A DNA stretch of 64,000 bases, taken from an uncultured Actinomycetes bacterium (GTDB lineage Bacteria; Actinomycetota; UBA4738; HRBIN12). The notes under the pieces were generated by a model. The model was not told the origin of the DNA. It searched no databases and saw only the letters and a program-made list of their open reading frames with translations. Below are positions 1 through 11,643 of this stretch, one piece after another. Every line of letters begins with the position of its first letter. Position 1 is the stretch's first letter. Made by a program: the position numbers and the translations under genes. Location of the stretch: assembly GCA_963821935.1 (NCBI GenBank), contig CAWGFM010000005.1, positions 254,551-318,550 on the forward strand, in the 5' to 3' direction.

Positions 1-3000
1 CTCCCCTCCGACCGGTCGGAGCTCGTCCTCGTGATCGACCAGTTCGAGGAGGTGTTCACCCTGGTCGAAGGAGAGGACGTCCGGACGCACTTCCTCAACA
101 GCCTCGAAGCCGCCGCCACCGACCCGCACAGCCGCCTCCGTGTCGTCGTCACGCTGCGAGCCGACTTCTACGACCGGCCACTGCTGTACCGAGGCTTCGC
201 CGAACTGTTCCGCTCTCGCGTCGAAGCGGTGATCCCACTCTCGGCCGATGAGCTCGAGCGAGCGATCACGGGACCGGCGAAGCGGGTCGACGTGACGCTG
301 GAACCGAGCCTCGTGGCCGCGATGCTCGGCGACGTCGCCGAGGAACCGGGTGCCCTCCCTTTGATGGAATACGCGCTGACCGAGCTCTTCGAACGGCGGG
401 AGGGCCGCGTCCTCACCCTCGGCGCCTACCGGGAGCTGGGGGGTGTCTCGGGAGCCCTCGGACGCAGGGCAGAGGAGCTGCACGGCGAGCTCGGCGAGGA
501 GGGCAGGGAGGCCGCTCGGCAGTTGTTCCTGCGGCTGGTCGCGCTGGGCGAGGGAACCGGGGACACCCGCCGCCCCGTGCCCAGATCGGAGCTCGCATCG
601 CTGGAGATCGATCGAACAGGCGATGGCGACGGTCATCGACACCTTCGGCGCCTCTCGTCAACTCTCCTTCGACCGGGATCCGCAGACCGGGACGCCCACG
701 GTCGAGCTGGCGCACGAAGCCATGCTCACGGCATGGCCTCGGCTCCACCGATGGATCGACGCGTCGAGGGACGACCTGCGCGCGCAGCATCGGCTGGCCG
801 CGGCGGCGCGGGACTGGAACGAGGCCGACCAGGACCCGTCCTTCCTGCTGTCCGGGTCGCGTCTCGAGCAGGCCGAGGCGTGGCAGGCGGGATCCGATCT
901 CGCCCTGACACCCGAGGAGTCGACCTACCTCGTCGCATCTGTGGCCGAACGCGACCGCAAGAGGACCGACGAGGAGGTCAGACAGGCGCGCGAGCGGGAC
1001 CTGGAGCGCCGGTCGGTCCGGCGGCTTCGGACGGTCGTCGCCGTGTTGACGGTCGCCGCGCTCGTCGCAGGTGTCCTGACGGTGTTCGCCACGAACCAGC
1101 AGGGTCGCGCGGAACAGCAGGAGCGGACCGCGATCGCTCGCGAGCTCGCGGCTGCATCCGTCGCGAACCTCGACGTCGATCCTGAGCGGAGCATCCTGTT
1201 GGCGCTCGAGGCGATCGATCGGACACGTTCCGTCGACGGCTCCGTGCTACCGGAAGCCGAGGAGGCGCTCCATCAGGCCGTCACAACTTCACGGATCGAG
1301 CTCACGTCTCAGGGCGCCGGCGGCAACGTCGACTGGAGTCCGCAGGGGACGTTCGTGACCGAAGGGCCCGAGGACACGGGGACCATCGAGCTACGGAACG
1401 CGGTGACCGGCGATACCGTTCGGACCTGGACGGGCCATGGGATCGACATGAATGACGTCCGTTTCTCAGACGACGGTTCGCTGCTCGCGACCGGCGGGGA
1501 CGACGGAGCACTGAAGGTATGGGACCGGACCACGGGCGAACCGATCTCGAGTGTCCTCGGCCGAGGACCGGCCTTGGGGCAGTCCTTCGACGCAAGCGGC
1601 TCGCTCCTCGCGGGCGTCTGGCCGGACGAGGGCACGCTCCGCGTCGTCGACCCCGTCACCGGGCGGCTGGTCCAGAAGATCGACGGACTGGACACGTTGC
1701 CGCTCGACACCGCGCTCAGCCCAGACGGGCAGCGCGTCGCGGTCGGGATGATCACCGTCGACGAGGCCGCCGTGTTCGACGTCGCGACCGGCGACGAGCT
1801 GTTCCGGTTCCCGCGTCACCACTACTCGGTGCAATCCGTCGCCTGGAGCCCGGACGGCCGGTGGATCGCGACCGCCGCCGGCGACTCAGCAGTGCGGGTG
1901 TGGGACGCCGCGACCGGGCGGCTCGAGGCGCGACTGCTGGGCCACACCGGCGTCGTGATCACGGTCGACTGGTCCGCCGACTCGCGCCGGCTCGTCTCGG
2001 GAGGGAGCGACGGCACGGCTCGGGTCTGGGAGGTGGGCACGACCGCTTCCCGCGAGATCCTGACGCTCGCCGCCCAGCAGACCAGATCGGGGACGTTCGC
2101 CGCGTTCTCGCCCGACGGGAACCACGTGATCACCGGGGACACCGGGATCACGGCGGTGAAGACGTGGGACGTGCAGCCCCTGGGCGGTGCTGAGGTACTC
2201 AACCTCCACACCGACTTCCTCGCGCCGGTCGACGTCGCCTACCTCCCCGACGGCCGGATCGTCGCGCCGATCGCCGGTGGATCCGTCGCGATCTGGAACG
2301 AAGCGAAGGAGGAGCTGCGGCTCGGACCGGGAGGGGGATCACCGGAGGCGGTCACGCGGATCGCCGTCAGCGATGACGGGAGCCGGATCGCGACGGTCCG
2401 CAACTTCAGCGATCAGGTCTCGGTCTGGGACCCGGTCACGGGGGACGCGCTCTTCGACGCGGCGACCGAACCGAGCGGCGAGATCTCGGGGATCGACTGG
2501 AGCCCGGACGGCGAGCACCTGGTCGTAGGGAACTTCGACGGGCACGTGAGTGTCGTCGACGCCGCCGGACGGACGGTCGAGGCCTTCACCGAGAAGGAGC
2601 CGACCAGCATCGAGGGCATCTCGTTCAGCCCCGACGGACGCTGGATCGCCACGGCCGTGGCCAGCCCCGAATCGCCGAACCTGTACCACGTATCGCTCTG
2701 GGACTGGCGGGCGGGCCGGGTCGAACGCACGATCGACGGGATCGGGGCGACCACCGTGGCGTTCGACCCAACGGGATCGAGGCTCGCCGTCGGATTGTTC
2801 GACGGGTTCGTCGAGGTCTTCACCGTGGCGAACCTGGAACGCGTGGATCGGTTCGCGGCGCACTCGGGCGCGGTGGGCGACCTCGTGTTCAGCCCGGACG
2901 GCGAGCGGATCGCCACGGCCGGCGAGGATGCGACCGCCCGCGTGTTCGATGCGGCGACCGGCGAACAGCAGCTCGTCCTGCGCGGTCACGAGTACCTCGT

Positions 3001-3178
3001 CACCGGCGTCGCGTTCAGCCCGGACGGAACGCGGCTCGTGTCGGCCAGTCCCGACGGCCTGGTCCGGGTGTGGACTCTCGACCTCGACGACCTGATCCGG
3101 ATCGCAGACCAGAAGCTGACGCGAGGGCTCTCCGACGACGAATGTCGCCAGTACCTGCACCTCGAGTCGTGCCCATGA
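1..3178 (+). pseudogene. STAND/NACHT-like NTPase - TM helix - WD40-repeat (~14 blades) protein; 5' end cut by window edge; reading frame switches from frame 1 to frame 2 near nt 605-625
   Basis: Frame 1 from nt 1 reads ...SELVLVIDQFEEVFTL (Walker-B-like hhhhDxFEE of STAND NTPases) and the downstream helical domain. After an atcgatcg repeat at ~610 the conserved continuation (IEQAMATVIDTFGASRQLSFDRDPQTGTPTVELAHEAMLTAWPRL) is in frame 2. A TM segment LRTVVAVLTVAALVAGVLTVFA and WD40 repeats (GH...WD patterns, e.g. LLATGGDDGALKVWD, GSDGTARVWE) follow. Confidence 0.6.
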
Positions 3179-3373
3179 GCGACGAGGGCTCCGTACACTG
3201 AAGCGTGGCTCGCAGGAGGCTCCAGATCCGTCCGCCCGGCTTGAAGCCGACCACCAAGGTCGGGACCCTGGGACCGTACCGAGGTCGCTTGGGATTGGCG
3301 TGGGTCATCGCGCCGCTGCTCGCGGGGATCCTCATCGTGGTGGCCGGCTACTTCGCGTTGTTCCGCTGACCTG

Positions 3374-4843
3374 ATGCTCGAGGCGTACTGCTGGCCGCCG
3401 AGCGTGACCCCTGGGGAACCGTCGTTCCTCCATGTCTCGACGGATACCGGTGCCTTCGACGTGGAGGTCGCTCGCGAGGGAGCGACGCGGGACGTGGTGT
3501 GGCACGCCCCATCGGTGCCCGCCGGAGAGCACGCGACACCACCCAACGCAGCGTCCGAAGGGTGCGCGTGGCCCGCCACCGTGGAGATCCCCGTCGGCCC
3601 GTGGCGGTCCGGTTACTACTCCGTGACGCTGACCGCCGGCACCGAGCGCGCCGATGCGTTCTTGGTGGTGCGGCCATCGCCCAGCGGGCCTCGGGAGCCG
3701 ATCCTGCTCGTCCTGTCCACGTCGACCTGGAACGCCTACAACGATTGGGGCGGACCGTCGCTGTACACCGGTGCCAACCGCGTCTCGTTCGAACGCCCCC
3801 TGGCACGCGGATTCCTGACGAAGCCCGAACCCGCACGGCGGAAGATGCAGACCGAGCCCGATCGGGAAGGGCGCTGGTTCTTCGAATGGGCGGAGCCGCT
3901 CGGACTCTCGGTCTGGAGCGGCGGCGCCGGCTGGTGGAACTGGGAGCGGCCGTTCCTGCGCTGGGCAGAAGAGCGAGGGTTCGGCGTCGACATCGCGATC
4001 AGCCAGGATCTGGAGCAGCACCCCGAGGCGCTCGGAGGTCACCGGCTGTACGCGAGCGTCGGTCACGACGAGTACTGGTCGTGGGGCATGCGCGACACGC
4101 TCGACGACTTCACCGACGGCGGTGGCAATGCCGCGATCTTCAGCGGGAACACGTGCTTCTGGCAGGTACGGTTCGAGGACGACCACCGGGCGATGCGCTG
4201 CTACAAGTACCTCGCCGATGAGGATCCGGTCCTCGGGACGTCGGATGAGCGGTTCCTCTCCGGCGTCTGGTCGGACCGGCGCATCGCCCGCCCGGAGACG
4301 TGGTCGATCGGGCTCACGTTCACGCACGGGGGCTATTCCCGCTATGGGCTGGGCGTGCCGCGCGGCTCAGGCGCCTACACGGTGTGGCGCCCCGAGCACT
4401 GGGCGTTCGAAGGAACCGACCTGCGATACGGGGACGAGCTGGGGCGGGCGGACTCCGTCGTCGCCTACGAGGTGGACGGCTGCGAGCTCACGACGGGGAC
4501 CGACGGGCGCCCGGTCCCCACCGGCGCCGACGGCGCGCCCGACGGCTTGCAGATCCTGGCCACCGCCCCGGCGCGCCTCTGGACGAGCGCTGAGCAGCCG
4601 AGCCGCTATGCGCACGAGCCCGGCGAGCTGGAGAACACGGCGATGGCGGTGTTCGGACCGGGCTGGCGCGATCAGGTCCATCGCGTCACCAACAACCACG
4701 CCTGCATCGGGGTGTTCACCAAGCCCGATGGCGGCGGCACGGTGTTCAATGCCGGCGTCACCGACTGGTCGTACGCGTTGGAGTCGCCCGACCCGGCGGT
4801 ATCTCGGGTGACGGCCAACGTCCTGACCCGCCTCTCGACGTAG
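3374..4843 (+). CDS. N,N-dimethylformamidase large-subunit-like family protein (function unknown)
   Basis: 489-aa intact ORF with ATG start. The central LLVLSTSTWNAYNDWGG motif resembles DmfA2-like homologs common in actinobacteria. Confidence 0.55.
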   Translation: MLEAYCWPPSVTPGEPSFLHVSTDTGAFDVEVAREGATRDVVWHAPSVPAGEHATPPNAASEGCAWPATVEIPVGPWRSGYYSVTLTAGTERADAFLVVRPSPSGPREPILLVLSTSTWNAYNDWGGPSLYTGANRVSFERPLARGFLTKPEPARRKMQTEPDREGRWFFEWAEPLGLSVWSGGAGWWNWERPFLRWAEERGFGVDIAISQDLEQHPEALGGHRLYASVGHDEYWSWGMRDTLDDFTDGGGNAAIFSGNTCFWQVRFEDDHRAMRCYKYLADEDPVLGTSDERFLSGVWSDRRIARPETWSIGLTFTHGGYSRYGLGVPRGSGAYTVWRPEHWAFEGTDLRYGDELGRADSVVAYEVDGCELTTGTDGRPVPTGADGAPDGLQILATAPARLWTSAEQPSRYAHEPGELENTAMAVFGPGWRDQVHRVTNNHACIGVFTKPDGGGTVFNAGVTDWSYALESPDPAVSRVTANVLTRLST

Positions 4844-4851
4844 CCGCCAGC

Positions 4852-6237
4852 TCAGATCCCCTCGATCGCCTGCAGGCGACCGGACTTGACGGCCTCGAGG
4901 AAGGCGGCGTGGTCGAGCTCGTTCTGATCCGCATACCGCTCGGAGAACTCGACCAACGCGCGATCGAAGACATCACTCTTGCCCAGGTAGGCGGCGATCG
5001 CGATGGCATCGCCCGTGCGCGCATGGGCCCGCGCGAGCGTCCAGCCACAAGCCGTGGCGTACGCGAGCAGACCTTCCGGTCGGATCAGCTCGGTGTCGAT
5101 CGATCCCTTCATGTCCTTGAGCTGGCGCCAGTAGAAGTGACGCGTCGTGTCGGCACCCTTGGTCCAGCCGAGGAAGATGTCGCTCGCCGCCTGCATCGCC
5201 CGCTGACCCTGCACGACCCGTTCGCCGTGGTGACGGTATCGGCTCTTCGGGATGAACTCCTCCAGCACGGAGCTCGTCGCCTCCTTGATCTGGAGGAACA
5301 GCGGATCATCGCGGTCCCGTCCTTCGAGGAGCACGATGAATCCCCGCGTGCCGACGCTCCCGACCCCCACCACCTTGCGCGCGAAGTCGACCACCTTGAA
5401 CCGCTCCAGGAGCACTCGTCGATCGGGCTGCAGCGTGGAACGGTACGAGTGGAACTGGTCGGCGATCATGGTCTGGATGTCGTCGGGGAGCAACTCGGTC
5501 GGCATGTCGCGGAGCGGCACCACGATCGGCGGTGCGCTCGCGATCTTGAATTCGCCGTCCACCTCGATGGCCAGCTTGGAAAAGGCATGCAGGCTGTCAT
5601 GCATGCGGGCTTTCTCGATGACCTTCTGGGCACCCTTGCGAACGAGACCCGACGCGCTGTCCAACAGATCCTGCGCGCTCTGGTGGGAGTACCAGACATC
5701 GAGCGTGCCCATGCCGGCGAACCCCGCCATGGCCTCCCGATAGCTCTTGACGCACGAACCGGTCGCTCCGACGATCTCTTTGGAAGTGAATCCGCGATGT
5801 CGGCCCGCGATCGTGAAGCTGGCTGCCATCCGCTTGACGTCCCACTCCCACGGGCCGGGTAGCGTTTCGTCGAAGTCGTTCAGGTCGAAGACGAGATCGC
5901 GTTCCGGAGAGGCGAACAAGCCGAAGTTGGACAGATGAGCGTCGCCGCAGATCTGCGCCGTCAACCCCGACCGCGGGGTGGGTCCGAGATCTGCAGCCAT
6001 CACACGTGCGGCGCCACGGTAGAAGGTGAACGGCGACACCATCATGCGTCCGTGCCGTACGGGAACCAGGTCGGGTTCACGGCGCGCGTTCTGCTCGGCC
6101 AACAACGCGACCGGGTCCGGGCGGTCGGGCGAGGGGGTCCAGTCCCCATGGCTGGTTCTGGACACGAGCTTGCGGGCTTTCCGGCCCTCGGCCCTTCGTG
6201 CCTCAGCCGATGGATGATCCACCTTCGTCCTCGCCAT
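4852..6237 (-). CDS. DUF2252 domain protein
   Basis: Carries the characteristic block RPDPVALLAEQN...LVPVRHGRM..SPFTFYRGAA..MAADL..TP.SG..AQICGDAHLSNFG...FDLNDFDETLPGPWEWDVKR. The start is taken at MARTKVDH; the ORF in the supplied track extends to 6279. Confidence 0.75.
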   Translation of the reverse strand: MARTKVDHPSAEARRAEGRKARKLVSRTSHGDWTPSPDRPDPVALLAEQNARREPDLVPVRHGRMMVSPFTFYRGAARVMAADLGPTPRSGLTAQICGDAHLSNFGLFASPERDLVFDLNDFDETLPGPWEWDVKRMAASFTIAGRHRGFTSKEIVGATGSCVKSYREAMAGFAGMGTLDVWYSHQSAQDLLDSASGLVRKGAQKVIEKARMHDSLHAFSKLAIEVDGEFKIASAPPIVVPLRDMPTELLPDDIQTMIADQFHSYRSTLQPDRRVLLERFKVVDFARKVVGVGSVGTRGFIVLLEGRDRDDPLFLQIKEATSSVLEEFIPKSRYRHHGERVVQGQRAMQAASDIFLGWTKGADTTRHFYWRQLKDMKGSIDTELIRPEGLLAYATACGWTLARAHARTGDAIAIAAYLGKSDVFDRALVEFSERYADQNELDHAAFLEAVKSGRLQAIEGI

Positions 6238-6321
6238 GACGCGCGCTCCTCTCAGACCTGCCCAGGAGTCTGGCACCATGGCCGCGACCCCGCATCGTCC
6301 CGACTGGACGATGCGACCGGC

Positions 6322-8584
6322 CTAGCCGGCTTTGCGCAACGGCGCGTAGGCCAGGAGCACTCTCTTGTCGCCGACGTCGGAGAAGGTGATCGTGGCCTCC
6401 GCACCGTCCCCGGAACCGCTCACGGCGAGCACGATGCCTTCGCCCCACTTCTCGTGGATCACGGTATCGCCGGGACCGACGGCTGGCGCTTCGCGCCGTG
6501 GGATGCCACCGGCCGACGGTGGCGTCCAGTCACGAGCCGGCTGCGCGTCGCCGTGGCGCGTGCCGCCGATCACACGGCCACCGCTGTCGTCCTCGCGCCG
6601 GAGCCGTCCGCCGAACGCCGCCTGTCGCGTGGAACCCTCGCCCTGCCGCAGGTCGAACAGATCCTCGGGCATCTCCCCCAGGAACCTGGAGGGCGGGTTG
6701 TACTGCGTCTGTCCGAACAGCGTGCGGCTCCATGCATGCGTGAGGTACAGCCGCTGCTGTGCGCGGGTGATGCCCACGTACGCCAGACGCCGCTCTTCCT
6801 CCAGCTGCGCGGTGTCGGTCATGGATCGGTAGTGCGGGAAGATGCCGTCCTCCAACCCCACGATCATCACCACCGGGAACTCCAGACCCTTGGCGATGTG
6901 CAGGGTCATGAGCGTCACGTTGGATGCGTCTTCGTCGTATTCGTCCTGCTCACCGACCAACGACACCTGCTCGAGGAACTGCTCGAGACCGGCGTCGGGC
7001 TCGCGGGCGATCAGCTCGGCGGCGACGCCCGAGAGCTCCTGCAGGTTCTCGATGCGACCCTGCGCATCGACGGTGCGTTCCTCCTCGAGCTGTCCGAGGT
7101 AGCCGGATTCCAGCGCTGCGAACTCCACCATGCGGGCGGGACCGGCGCCGTCGTCCAGGTGGTGGTACAGAGAGGCCAGGATCTGGTTGAACCCGGCCAC
7201 CGCGCCCTTCGCACGCGCGGCGAGCACGGGGATCTCGTCCACCCGCAGGGCGCGCCTGCACGATCGTGATGTTCTCGTCCCGAGCGAAGGATTCCACCGC
7301 CGATACGGTGGCGTCGCCGATGCCGCGCTTCGGCGTGTTCACGGCGCGCCGGAACGAGATGACGTCGGCGGGGTTCACCAGCAGCCGCAGGTAGGCGAGG
7401 ACGTCCTTGATCTCCCTGCGCTGATAGAAGCGGACGCCTCCGAACACCCGGTAGGGCGTGCCGACGCGCATCAGCACGTCCTCGAGCACGCGGGATTGCG
7501 CGTTGGTCCGATAGAACACCGCGAAGTCGGAGTAGCGGTAGCCCTCGGACTCGCGCAGTCGCTCGATCTCGTCCACGACGAAGAACGCCTCGTCGTGCTC
7601 GTCGTCGGCGCGATACCGAACGGTCAGCTCACCGTCGCCGGCCTCGGTCCACAGCGCCTTCGGCTTGCGCTGCTGGTTGTGCTCGATCAGCGCGTTCGCG
7701 ATGGCCAGGATGTTCGAGCTGGAGCGGTAGTTCTGCTCCATCAAGAAGACCTGTGCGTCGGGGTAGTCGCGCTCGAAGTCCAGGATGTTCTGGATCGTGG
7801 CGCCGCGCCAGCTGTACACACCCTGATCAGCGTCGCCCACCACGCACACGTTGCGATACTTGGCGGCGAGCTGGTTCACCAGCTGGTACTGGGCACGGTT
7901 CGTGTCCTGGTATTCGTCGACCATGAGGTAGCGGAACCGCTCCTGATAGTGAGCCAAGACCTCGGGGTGGTCGCGGAACAGCCGCACGGTCTCGCTGATC
8001 AGGTCGTCGAAGTCCAACGCGCCGGCGTTGCGCTTGCGCGTTTCGTAGGCGTCGAATACCTTCGCGACGGTCTCCTCGTAGTAGTTGGAGGTCAAGGAGG
8101 CGAACTCGTCGGGGCTCAGGACGCGTTCCTTGGCTCGGGAGATGCCGCTGGCCATCGCGCGCGGCGCGAACCGCTTCGGGTCGAGGTTGAGGTCCTTCAA
8201 GATGCCGGCGATGAGGCGCTCGGTATCGCCGTCGTCGTAGATGGTGAAACCGCTGGGCACACCGAGATGCGCGTGTTCCCGACGGAGCAGCCGGGCGCAC
8301 GTGGAGTGGAACGTCAGGATCCACATGCCCTTGGCGACCCGCTCGCCCATCAGGCCCTCGATGCGCTCGACCATCTCGCGGGCGGCCTTGTTGGTGAACG
8401 TGATCGCCAGGATCTGGCCGGGTGAGACGCCTTCTTCTCGGATCAGGAAGGCGATGCGGTGGGTGAGCGCCCGTGTCTTGCCGCTGCCGGCCCCCGCCAC
8501 GATCAGGACCGGGCCCTCCGTATGGAGGACCGCCTCGGTCTGGATGTCGTTGAGCCCCTCGATCAACGGGGAGACGGCGTTCAC
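6322..8584 (-). pseudogene. pcrA: ATP-dependent DNA helicase PcrA/UvrD, frameshift near 7245-7262
   Basis: The N-terminal 2/3 (GAGSGKT Walker A, DEYQDTN, motifs through ENITIVQA) lies in one frame from a GTG at 8584. The C-terminal 1/3 (DEIPVLAARAKGAV...TLMTLHIAKGLEFPVV...VGITRA) is in another frame ending at 6322. The junction is in a gcgcgc repeat. Confidence 0.7.
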
Positions 8585-8663
8585 AGCCTCAGTGTAGGAG
8601 TCCCCGCCGACCCCGGAGGCGGCAGGCACCCGGTTCCAATCGAAGGCGTTCGGCTCGAGTGCG

Positions 8664-9350
8664 ATGCGGAACGCCCGGCGGTACCGTGGAGGCGTGACCC
8701 AGGTGCAGACGCGCCCCGATGCGCCCGCTCCCCCGGCCCAGTGGTCGACCCGTCGCCGCGGCTGGCATCTGGTGCTGCACTGGTTCGGCGTCCTGTGCCT
8801 GATGGCGGCCACCACGTTCGGGGGCTACGTGGTGTGGCTGCTCTGGGGAACCGGACTCAGCACCCAGCAAGCCCAGAACGACCTGCGGGCCGGATTCGAG
8901 CAGGTGATCGACACGCAGGTCCCCGCCCAGGCGCCCGAGCGCATCCCGCTGGGCAACGCCTACGCCCAGCTCTTGATCCCCTCGGTCGGCATCAACTTCA
9001 TGGTGGTCCAGGGCACCGGCTACGAGGACCTGAAGGACGGTCCGGGACACTACCCGGACACCGCCGATCCGTGGGAGGACACCGGCCGCACCGGCATCGC
9101 GGGCCATCGGACCACCTACCTTCACCCCTTCTTCAACCTGGACAAGGTGCGACCGGGCGACCCCATCACGGTGCGAACCGAGTTCGGCAGCTTCGGCTAC
9201 GAGGTGGACCGGGTGTTCGTGATCCCCGAGGAGGGCTCCGGCAGGGTGCTGGACCAGACGAAGCAACCGACCCTGGTCCTCACGACCTGCAACCCGAAGT
9301 ACTTCAGCTACGAGCGACTGATCGTCACCGCTACCCGAGCGCCGGCTTAG
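8664..9350 (+). CDS. class E sortase (transpeptidase)
   Basis: N-terminal TM helix, a catalytic His (IAGHRTT), the TLxTC motif (LVLTTCNP), and length ~228 aa. Confidence 0.7.
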   Translation: MRNARRYRGGVTQVQTRPDAPAPPAQWSTRRRGWHLVLHWFGVLCLMAATTFGGYVVWLLWGTGLSTQQAQNDLRAGFEQVIDTQVPAQAPERIPLGNAYAQLLIPSVGINFMVVQGTGYEDLKDGPGHYPDTADPWEDTGRTGIAGHRTTYLHPFFNLDKVRPGDPITVRTEFGSFGYEVDRVFVIPEEGSGRVLDQTKQPTLVLTTCNPKYFSYERLIVTATRAPA

Positions 9351-10114
9351 CCTTCGCGCGCGTTCCCCGGGCCCGGGGGCCGGTCCAGGCCGATGCCGAA
9401 CCGGTCGCGATAGGCGGCCAGGAGCTCGGTGTCGCTGAGCTCGGTCTCGGTTCGCTCGCCATCCCGGGTCTCGATGAGGGTCGACCCCGAGATCGTGACC
9501 CGGCCGCTCAGCGTCGGCAGGGTGCACACCGGTGCGTGTGTGAAATGCGAGTCGGGCGATGTCTGGTGGTAGCGGCATGCAGTCGCGAAATCACCGAGCA
9601 GCCTCGGCTCCAGAGAGAACCGGTACTGGGTCCGTCCGTCTCGTCGGAGGTCACGCCACCCGTCATCGTGCTCCACGATCGTGAACGCACCCGACGGATC
9701 GGTCTGTTCGATCCCCGGCGCCAACATGAGTGGCTCGAGGAAGTTGTCGCCGAACCCGACATCGGCCAGGTACGGCTGATCGAGATCCACCCGCAGGCAG
9801 AGATGGTCGAACGCGATGCCGGGTTCGCCGTGTTCGTCGACGACGCGCGCCTCGAGCAACGTCGTGTCGAACCCGAGCGAGGTCAGGAGCGTCGCGAAGG
9901 CGCCGTTCAGCTCGTAGCAGAACCCGCCCCTGCGTCGCATCGCGACCTTCTCGACGAGCGCGTCCTCCTCGAGCACGATCGGCACACCCAGGTGGATGTC
10001 GAGGTTCTCGAACGGCACGGACCGCAGGTGCGCCACGTGCAAGCGGTGCAACCCGTCCGCGTCCACACCGGGACGCTCGGTGACGCCGATCCGATCCAGG
10101 TAGGCCGCGATCAC
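9347..10114 (-). CDS. arylamine N-acetyltransferase
   Basis: Has the RGGFCYELN catalytic-Cys motif and an N-terminal AYLDRIG...FENLDI block. A GTG start overlaps the guaA stop (GTGA). Confidence 0.7.
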   Translation of the reverse strand: MIAAYLDRIGVTERPGVDADGLHRLHVAHLRSVPFENLDIHLGVPIVLEEDALVEKVAMRRRGGFCYELNGAFATLLTSLGFDTTLLEARVVDEHGEPGIAFDHLCLRVDLDQPYLADVGFGDNFLEPLMLAPGIEQTDPSGAFTIVEHDDGWRDLRRDGRTQYRFSLEPRLLGDFATACRYHQTSPDSHFTHAPVCTLPTLSGRVTISGSTLIETRDGERTETELSDTELLAAYRDRFGIGLDRPPGPGNAREG

Positions 10115-11643
10115 TCCCACTCGATCGTGCCGGGCGGCTTGCTGGTGATGTCGTACGCGACCCGATTCACGCCGGGCACCTCTCGGACGATGCGCGACGC
10201 GATCGTGTCGAGCAGATCCGGTGGAAGGCGCGCCCAATCGGCCGTCATGGCGTCTTCGGACGTCACCGCGCGCACGATCACCGGGTTCTCGTAGGTGCGG
10301 CCATCGCCCATGACGCCCACGCTCTGCACGTCGGCCAGCAGTACGCAGAACGCTTGCCAGGTCTGGCGCTCCTGGCCGGCGCGCTTGATCTCCTGACGCA
10401 CGATGTGATCGGCGCCCCGCACCTTCGCCAGGTTGGCGGCGTTCACCTCGCCGACGATCCTGACGGCCAGCCCCGGGCCGGGGAACGGCTGGCGCTGGAC
10501 GATCTCCTCCGGCAGGCCCAGCTCGCTGCCCACCCGCCGGACCTCATCCTTGAACAGGTCTCGGAGCGGCTCCACGAGTGAGAAGTCCATGTCCTCGGGC
10601 AGCCCGCCCACGTTGTGGTGGCTCTTGATGTTGGCGGCGGTCGCTGACCCCGACTCGATCACATCGGGGTAGAGCGTCCCCTGCACCAGGAACCTCGCCC
10701 CGGCGTGCTCGCGCGCGACCTCCTCGAACACCCGGATGAACTCCGTGCCGATCGCCTTGCGCTTGGCCTCGGGGTCGGTGACGCCCGCGAGCACGCCCAG
10801 GAAGCGGTCGGTCGCCTTCACGTGCACCAGCGGCACGCGGAAGTGCCGCGCGAAGGTTTCTTCCACCTGGCCGGGCTCGCCCTCGCGGTTCAAGCCGTGA
10901 TCGACGAACACGCAGGTGAGCTGGTCGCCCACGGCACGGTGGACGAGGAGTGCCGCGACGCTGGAGTCGACACCACCGCTCAGCGCACAGAGCACCTGTG
11001 CCTGACCCACCTGCGCACGGATCCTGGCGACCTGGTCGTCGATGATGTTGGTGGGCGTCCAGTCCGGCAGCAACCCACACCCTTCGTAGAGGAAACGCTT
11101 CATCACGTCCTGGCCGCGTCGGGTGTGCGAAACCTCGGGATGGAACTGCACCGCGTAGAGCCCGCGCTCGGGATCTTCCATGGCCGCGATCGGGATCTGA
11201 TCGGTGCGCGCCGTGACGCGGAACCCTTTGGGCTCCAGGGTGACGGCGTCGCCGTGCGACATCCAGACCGTGTCGCTGGCCGGGAAATCCTGGAGCAACC
11301 GGGAGCCGGGCTCGACCGTCAGCGAGGTCGCGCCGTACTCACGCTGCCCGGTCGAGGCGACCTGTCCGCCCAGATCCTGCGCCATGAGCTGGTGGCCGTA
11401 GCAGATGCCCAGCACCGGCACCCCGAGGTCGTAGACGCCGGGATCCACCTGCGGTCCGTGCTCGGCATACACCGACGCCGGGCCACCGCTGAGGATGATG
11501 CCGGCCGGTCGATGCGCTGCAACCTCGGCGGCAGAGAGATCGTGGGGCACGATCTCGGAGTAGACGTGTGCCTCCCGAACACGTCGCGCGATCAGCTGGG
11601 CGTATTGCGCCCCAAGATCGACGACCAGGACCGGATGCGTCAG
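10111..11643 (-). CDS. guaA: GMP synthase (glutamine-hydrolysing); no canonical in-frame start, only CTG overlapping the guaB3 stop
   Basis: Full GATase ([28 protein letters not shown]...GIILSGGP...CYGHQ) plus ATP-PPase (SGGVDSSV) and a C-terminal dimerisation domain. The conserved N-terminal 40 codons precede the first in-frame GTG. Confidence 0.9.
   Translation of the reverse strand: MTHPVLVVDLGAQYAQLIARRVREAHVYSEIVPHDLSAAEVAAHRPAGIILSGGPASVYAEHGPQVDPGVYDLGVPVLGICYGHQLMAQDLGGQVASTGQREYGATSLTVEPGSRLLQDFPASDTVWMSHGDAVTLEPKGFRVTARTDQIPIAAMEDPERGLYAVQFHPEVSHTRRGQDVMKRFLYEGCGLLPDWTPTNIIDDQVARIRAQVGQAQVLCALSGGVDSSVAALLVHRAVGDQLTCVFVDHGLNREGEPGQVEETFARHFRVPLVHVKATDRFLGVLAGVTDPEAKRKAIGTEFIRVFEEVAREHAGARFLVQGTLYPDVIESGSATAANIKSHHNVGGLPEDMDFSLVEPLRDLFKDEVRRVGSELGLPEEIVQRQPFPGPGLAVRIVGEVNAANLAKVRGADHIVRQEIKRAGQERQTWQAFCVLLADVQSVGVMGDGRTYENPVIVRAVTSEDAMTADWARLPPDLLDTIASRIVREVPGVNRVAYDITSKPPGTIEWE

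Noticed and set aside
8459-10294. 611-aa plus-strand ORF overlapping the sortase and NAT genes
   Set aside because: It is an alternative frame of real genes with no conserved motifs, and its Arg/Pro-rich composition indicates an artefact.
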